Source of the DNA: Lama guanicoe | Taxonomy: Eukaryota | Direction: 5' to 3' | Length of the DNA: 64,000 nt | Assembly: GCA_013239625.1 (NCBI GenBank) | Contig: MU056288.1 | Location: 4,400,485-4,464,484 of the forward strand | Shown: positions 61,040-64,000 of the stretch, in pieces | How the letters are laid out: the number at the start of each line of letters is the position of its first letter | Numbering within the stretch: the stretch's first letter is position 1 | Position numbers and translations under genes: made by a program | The notes under the pieces: model-generated | Databases searched by the model: none | The model's input: the letters and a program-made list of their open reading frames with translations, nothing else | Told to the model about the DNA's origin: nothing

Positions 61040-61342
61040 AAGGGCAAGAAATGCAGCAAGACCAAGAAGTCCCCCGAGCCGGTCAAGTTCACTTACGCTG
61101 GCTGTTCGAGCGTGAAGAAGTACCGGCCCAAGTACTGCGGGTCCTGCGCGGACGGCCGCTGCTGCGCGCCCCAGCAGACCAGGACGGTGCAGATGCGCTT
61201 CCGCTGCGAAGACGGGGAGACGTTCTCCAAGAACGTCATGATGATCCAGTCCTGCAGGTGCAGCTACAACTGCCCGCATGCCAGCGAGGCCGCCTTTCCC
61301 TTCTACAGGCTGTTCAACGACATTCACAAGTTCAGGGACTAA
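61040..61342 (+). CDS. CCN1: CCN1 exon 5 coding part, C-terminal cystine-knot domain
   Basis: Acceptor ttcctacAG; [14 protein letters not shown]...[13 protein letters not shown]...[11 protein letters not shown] then TAA; basic heparin-binding segments typical of CYR61. Confidence 0.97.
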   Translation, partial: KGKKCSKTKKSPEPVKFTYAGCSSVKKYRPKYCGSCADGRCCAPQQTRTVQMRFRCEDGETFSKNVMMIQSCRCSYNCPHASEAAFPFYRLFNDIHKFRD

Positions 61343-61987
61343 GTGCCCCCAGGGGTTCCCAGCACCAGGCTGGACCAGCTGGGGAGAGAAGAGTGGCAGA
61401 ATCACGCAGACGTGGGTGGGGGCGGTGGGGTGAAGGGACTCACTGTAGAAGGGATGCATTGCTCGTTCTTGAGTAGTATTAAGGTGTTTGGAAACTGCCG
61501 GGTGTGCTGGTGCGTATGGACACTGACGCAGCCGCCACTGGAGAATACTTTGCTTCATAATATTGGAGCACACGTTCCTGCTTCATCTTGGAGCTTGGTG
61601 TCGATGACGTTCTGTTTTCTGTTTGTAAATTATTGGTAAGCGTATTTTTCTCTAGGCGTCTTTCCTTTCGGTTCTACAGTTGTGAAAGATAATCAGGTCA
61701 GTTGGACAGTTAGAGCATTCTTTGATAGACCTAAATGGGACGGGGGGGTCCATCCCTTCCCGAGGGTGACACTCCGTGAGTGTCCGTGAGAGGCAGCTAT
61801 CTGCACTCAGAATTGCAAACAGAAATCAGGTGTTTCAAGTCTGAATGTTTTTATTTATCAAAATGTAGCTCTCGGGAGGGAGGGGAAATGTAATACTGGA
61901 ATAATTTGTAAATGATTTTAATTTTATATTCAGTGAAAAGAATTTATTTATGGAATTAATCATTTAATAAAGAAATATTTACCTAAT
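61343..61987 (+). other. CCN1: CCN1 3' UTR with AU-rich elements and poly(A) signal
   Basis: ATTTA motifs (~61853, 61942-61950, 61962); AATAAA at 61966-61971; cleavage position approximate. Confidence 0.85.
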
Positions 61988-64000
61988 ATCTGAGTGTATG
62001 GCAGTCAATGTTTTTAAAGAATGTCCAAAGCCATTGGGAACAATCTTGCTTATACATCCAATCATTGAAACAGCATTTACTGAGTACCTACTTTGTACCA
62101 GGAACTGTTCCAGGTGCTCGGGATAGAGCAGGGAACTAAACAGGGACAAAAACAGGACAATGATTGCTTTTATGTCTTCAGGAGAGAAAAATCTTGGCAT
62201 TTAAAGCCATCTGTTTCAAAAACAGGTATTGAACACCAAGCATTGTACAAAGCACCTGAAGGAATCAGAAGCTAAGTTTGTGATTTAAATAGTAATGCTT
62301 TATTTTCATAAGAATTCAAAGCCTAAGGGTCTTCATCACACAGTCTCTGTGAGGTGGGTATGGTAGAGTCATTTATCATTTTAATCACTAGTAACTCTGC
62401 AGGCCCCTTCAGTAGAGGAGAGAAACTTTGATGAAAACAGTCCATAACCCAGGCTGCCCACATCTAAACCCATGGGCAAGATTAAGTGTGGTTGGATAAT
62501 GTGTTATAAGGACTTGTTTATAACTTTATATTTTTCTAATATGCTCCTAAAACTTGGGAGAACTACTTAAAAATTTACCCATGGTTGGGATCAGAGGAGA
62601 AAAATTGTTAGAATCTATAGGAGTCAGTTTGTTTTCACTGAATGAGCTTGAAGCAATGACTTGTGTTAATCCTAATAAGCTGGTGATTAGGTAAACATGC
62701 CGTTAAATGCGAAGGAATGCAAGGAATTTCAAGTGCTTTCCCAATAGCGTGAGGACCACGCTACCCCATCCCCCTTTCCTTTTTATAATACACGTTATAT
62801 TGAGGGAGGAGGGAACAGTTAGATAGAACTGGCTATCCAGAAGGTCAGAGGCTGGACGCAGAGCATTCCTAAAAGAAAAAGACCTGAATCCTAGGTCTAG
62901 GAGAAGTTGAGAAGGCTGCGTCAATGTTTGCGAAAATGTTGATAGCCTGTTTTAGAAGAATCTACATCTTTAGAAAGCATTGACAATAAACCTTTTATAG
63001 AGAGAAGTTTTCCTTTCATCGACCCTCTTGGCTCTTGTTCAAATCCATAGTGAAATATTTCAGTCTGCACTTAGTTAAGAGAGTACTTGAATTTTTAGGC
63101 AATAAGAGAAAGTGCTTTAAAAGGGGAGGGGGGAACAGCTTCTGGGGTCCTGTAAAAGGGGTTTTTCAAAATCCTTTAATATTGATGTTTTATTAAGACC
63201 TACAGAAATGCACTGCCTATGCCTCTGTTTTAAAGCCTTGCTGAAATGCGTAAAAGTCAATGTAAATGTGATAGTAAAATCTACGGGCAAAGGTTTTCAC
63301 TCCTCTGATTCTGACAATGTCTTGCCTGAAATTACTACAACTTGTGCCTACCGAGTAGTCAGTTTTTCTTGCCCGAGGCAATCAAATTTTAAGGTGTTTG
63401 GAAATTTAAACACCACCTGGCTCAGTCGCCACCAAACTTGACAGTGTAACCGAACATGGAAAACATATAATAAAGTTGTGAGGATTTTGTGGTGCAGCCT
63501 TGTGAAACAGATATCTAAATCCACAGGCAAAATTTACACTTTCCCAGGCACCAATCCTGAGGTATTGTCTCTTCCAGCACTAGGTCCCGCTAACCTGCTA
63601 GTGAACTAGCTTCTGACATAAATTGCTTCTTACATAAAGATCAAGGAGCAATATTTTATAGATCCTTTAGGCAGGTAGGGAGGTAATATTTGTCCAATTA
63701 AGTTCAAATGTGAAACAAACTTAGCATGGTAAAACACTGGATCTTTGGGTCATTAATCAATCTCATCTTAGGAAACACACTGAGTGATACACAAGTGCTG
63801 ATTCTATCTAAATAAGAGTACTCAATTAATTTAAAAAAATAATTTTAAAAAATGGATAGACAAAATATATATCCATCTTATGTGGCTAAAGGAAAAAAGT
63901 GAAGACATTAAAAGTAATTGAGAAAAAAATAATTTAAGTAATTGAGAATGAAATTATACCATTCAGAACCTATCAGTTTTATCTAAGTCTGGAATGGAAT

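Noticed and set aside
60155-61573. Antisense ORFs over CCN1 exons 3-5
   Set aside because: Expected shadow frames of GC-rich coding sequence; no recognisable domain.
1-64000. CRISPR array, operon or prokaryotic defence system
   Set aside because: The sequence is clearly mammalian; recurring segments are dispersed retrotransposon ends, not regularly spaced repeats.

Overview
Mammalian genomic DNA, very probably camelid (Camelus/Vicugna), inferred from three copies of a tRNA-Ala-derived SINE resembling the camelid vic-1 family. The only intact protein-coding gene is CCN1/CYR61 (+ strand, 5 exons, ~59095-61987); parts of exons 2 and 3 are hidden in N gaps. The preceding ~53 kb is non-coding and repeat-rich (MIR, L2, old and young L1, MaLR/MLT1 and MER21-like LTRs, hAT and Tigger MITEs). 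By recalled human synteny it is intron 1 of the long, minus-strand DDAH1 isoform that starts head-to-head with CCN1. It also holds an LSM6 processed pseudogene, an orphan CpG-rich patch with a C28 tract, and candidate SRF/TEAD/AP-1 enhancer motifs. A ~1.56 kb near-perfect tandem duplication of the upstream CpG region is most likely a haplotype-assembly artefact. I found no credible novel multi-gene system; most ORF-track entries are spurious. The best leads are: the unusually long direct repeat around the LSM6 retrocopy, two L1 insertions stacked on one target site, a twin-primed L1, distal CArG/TEAD motifs, a stop-free CCN1 intron 4 that could give a CT-less isoform, and apparently AT-to-GC-biased CCN1 substitutions.
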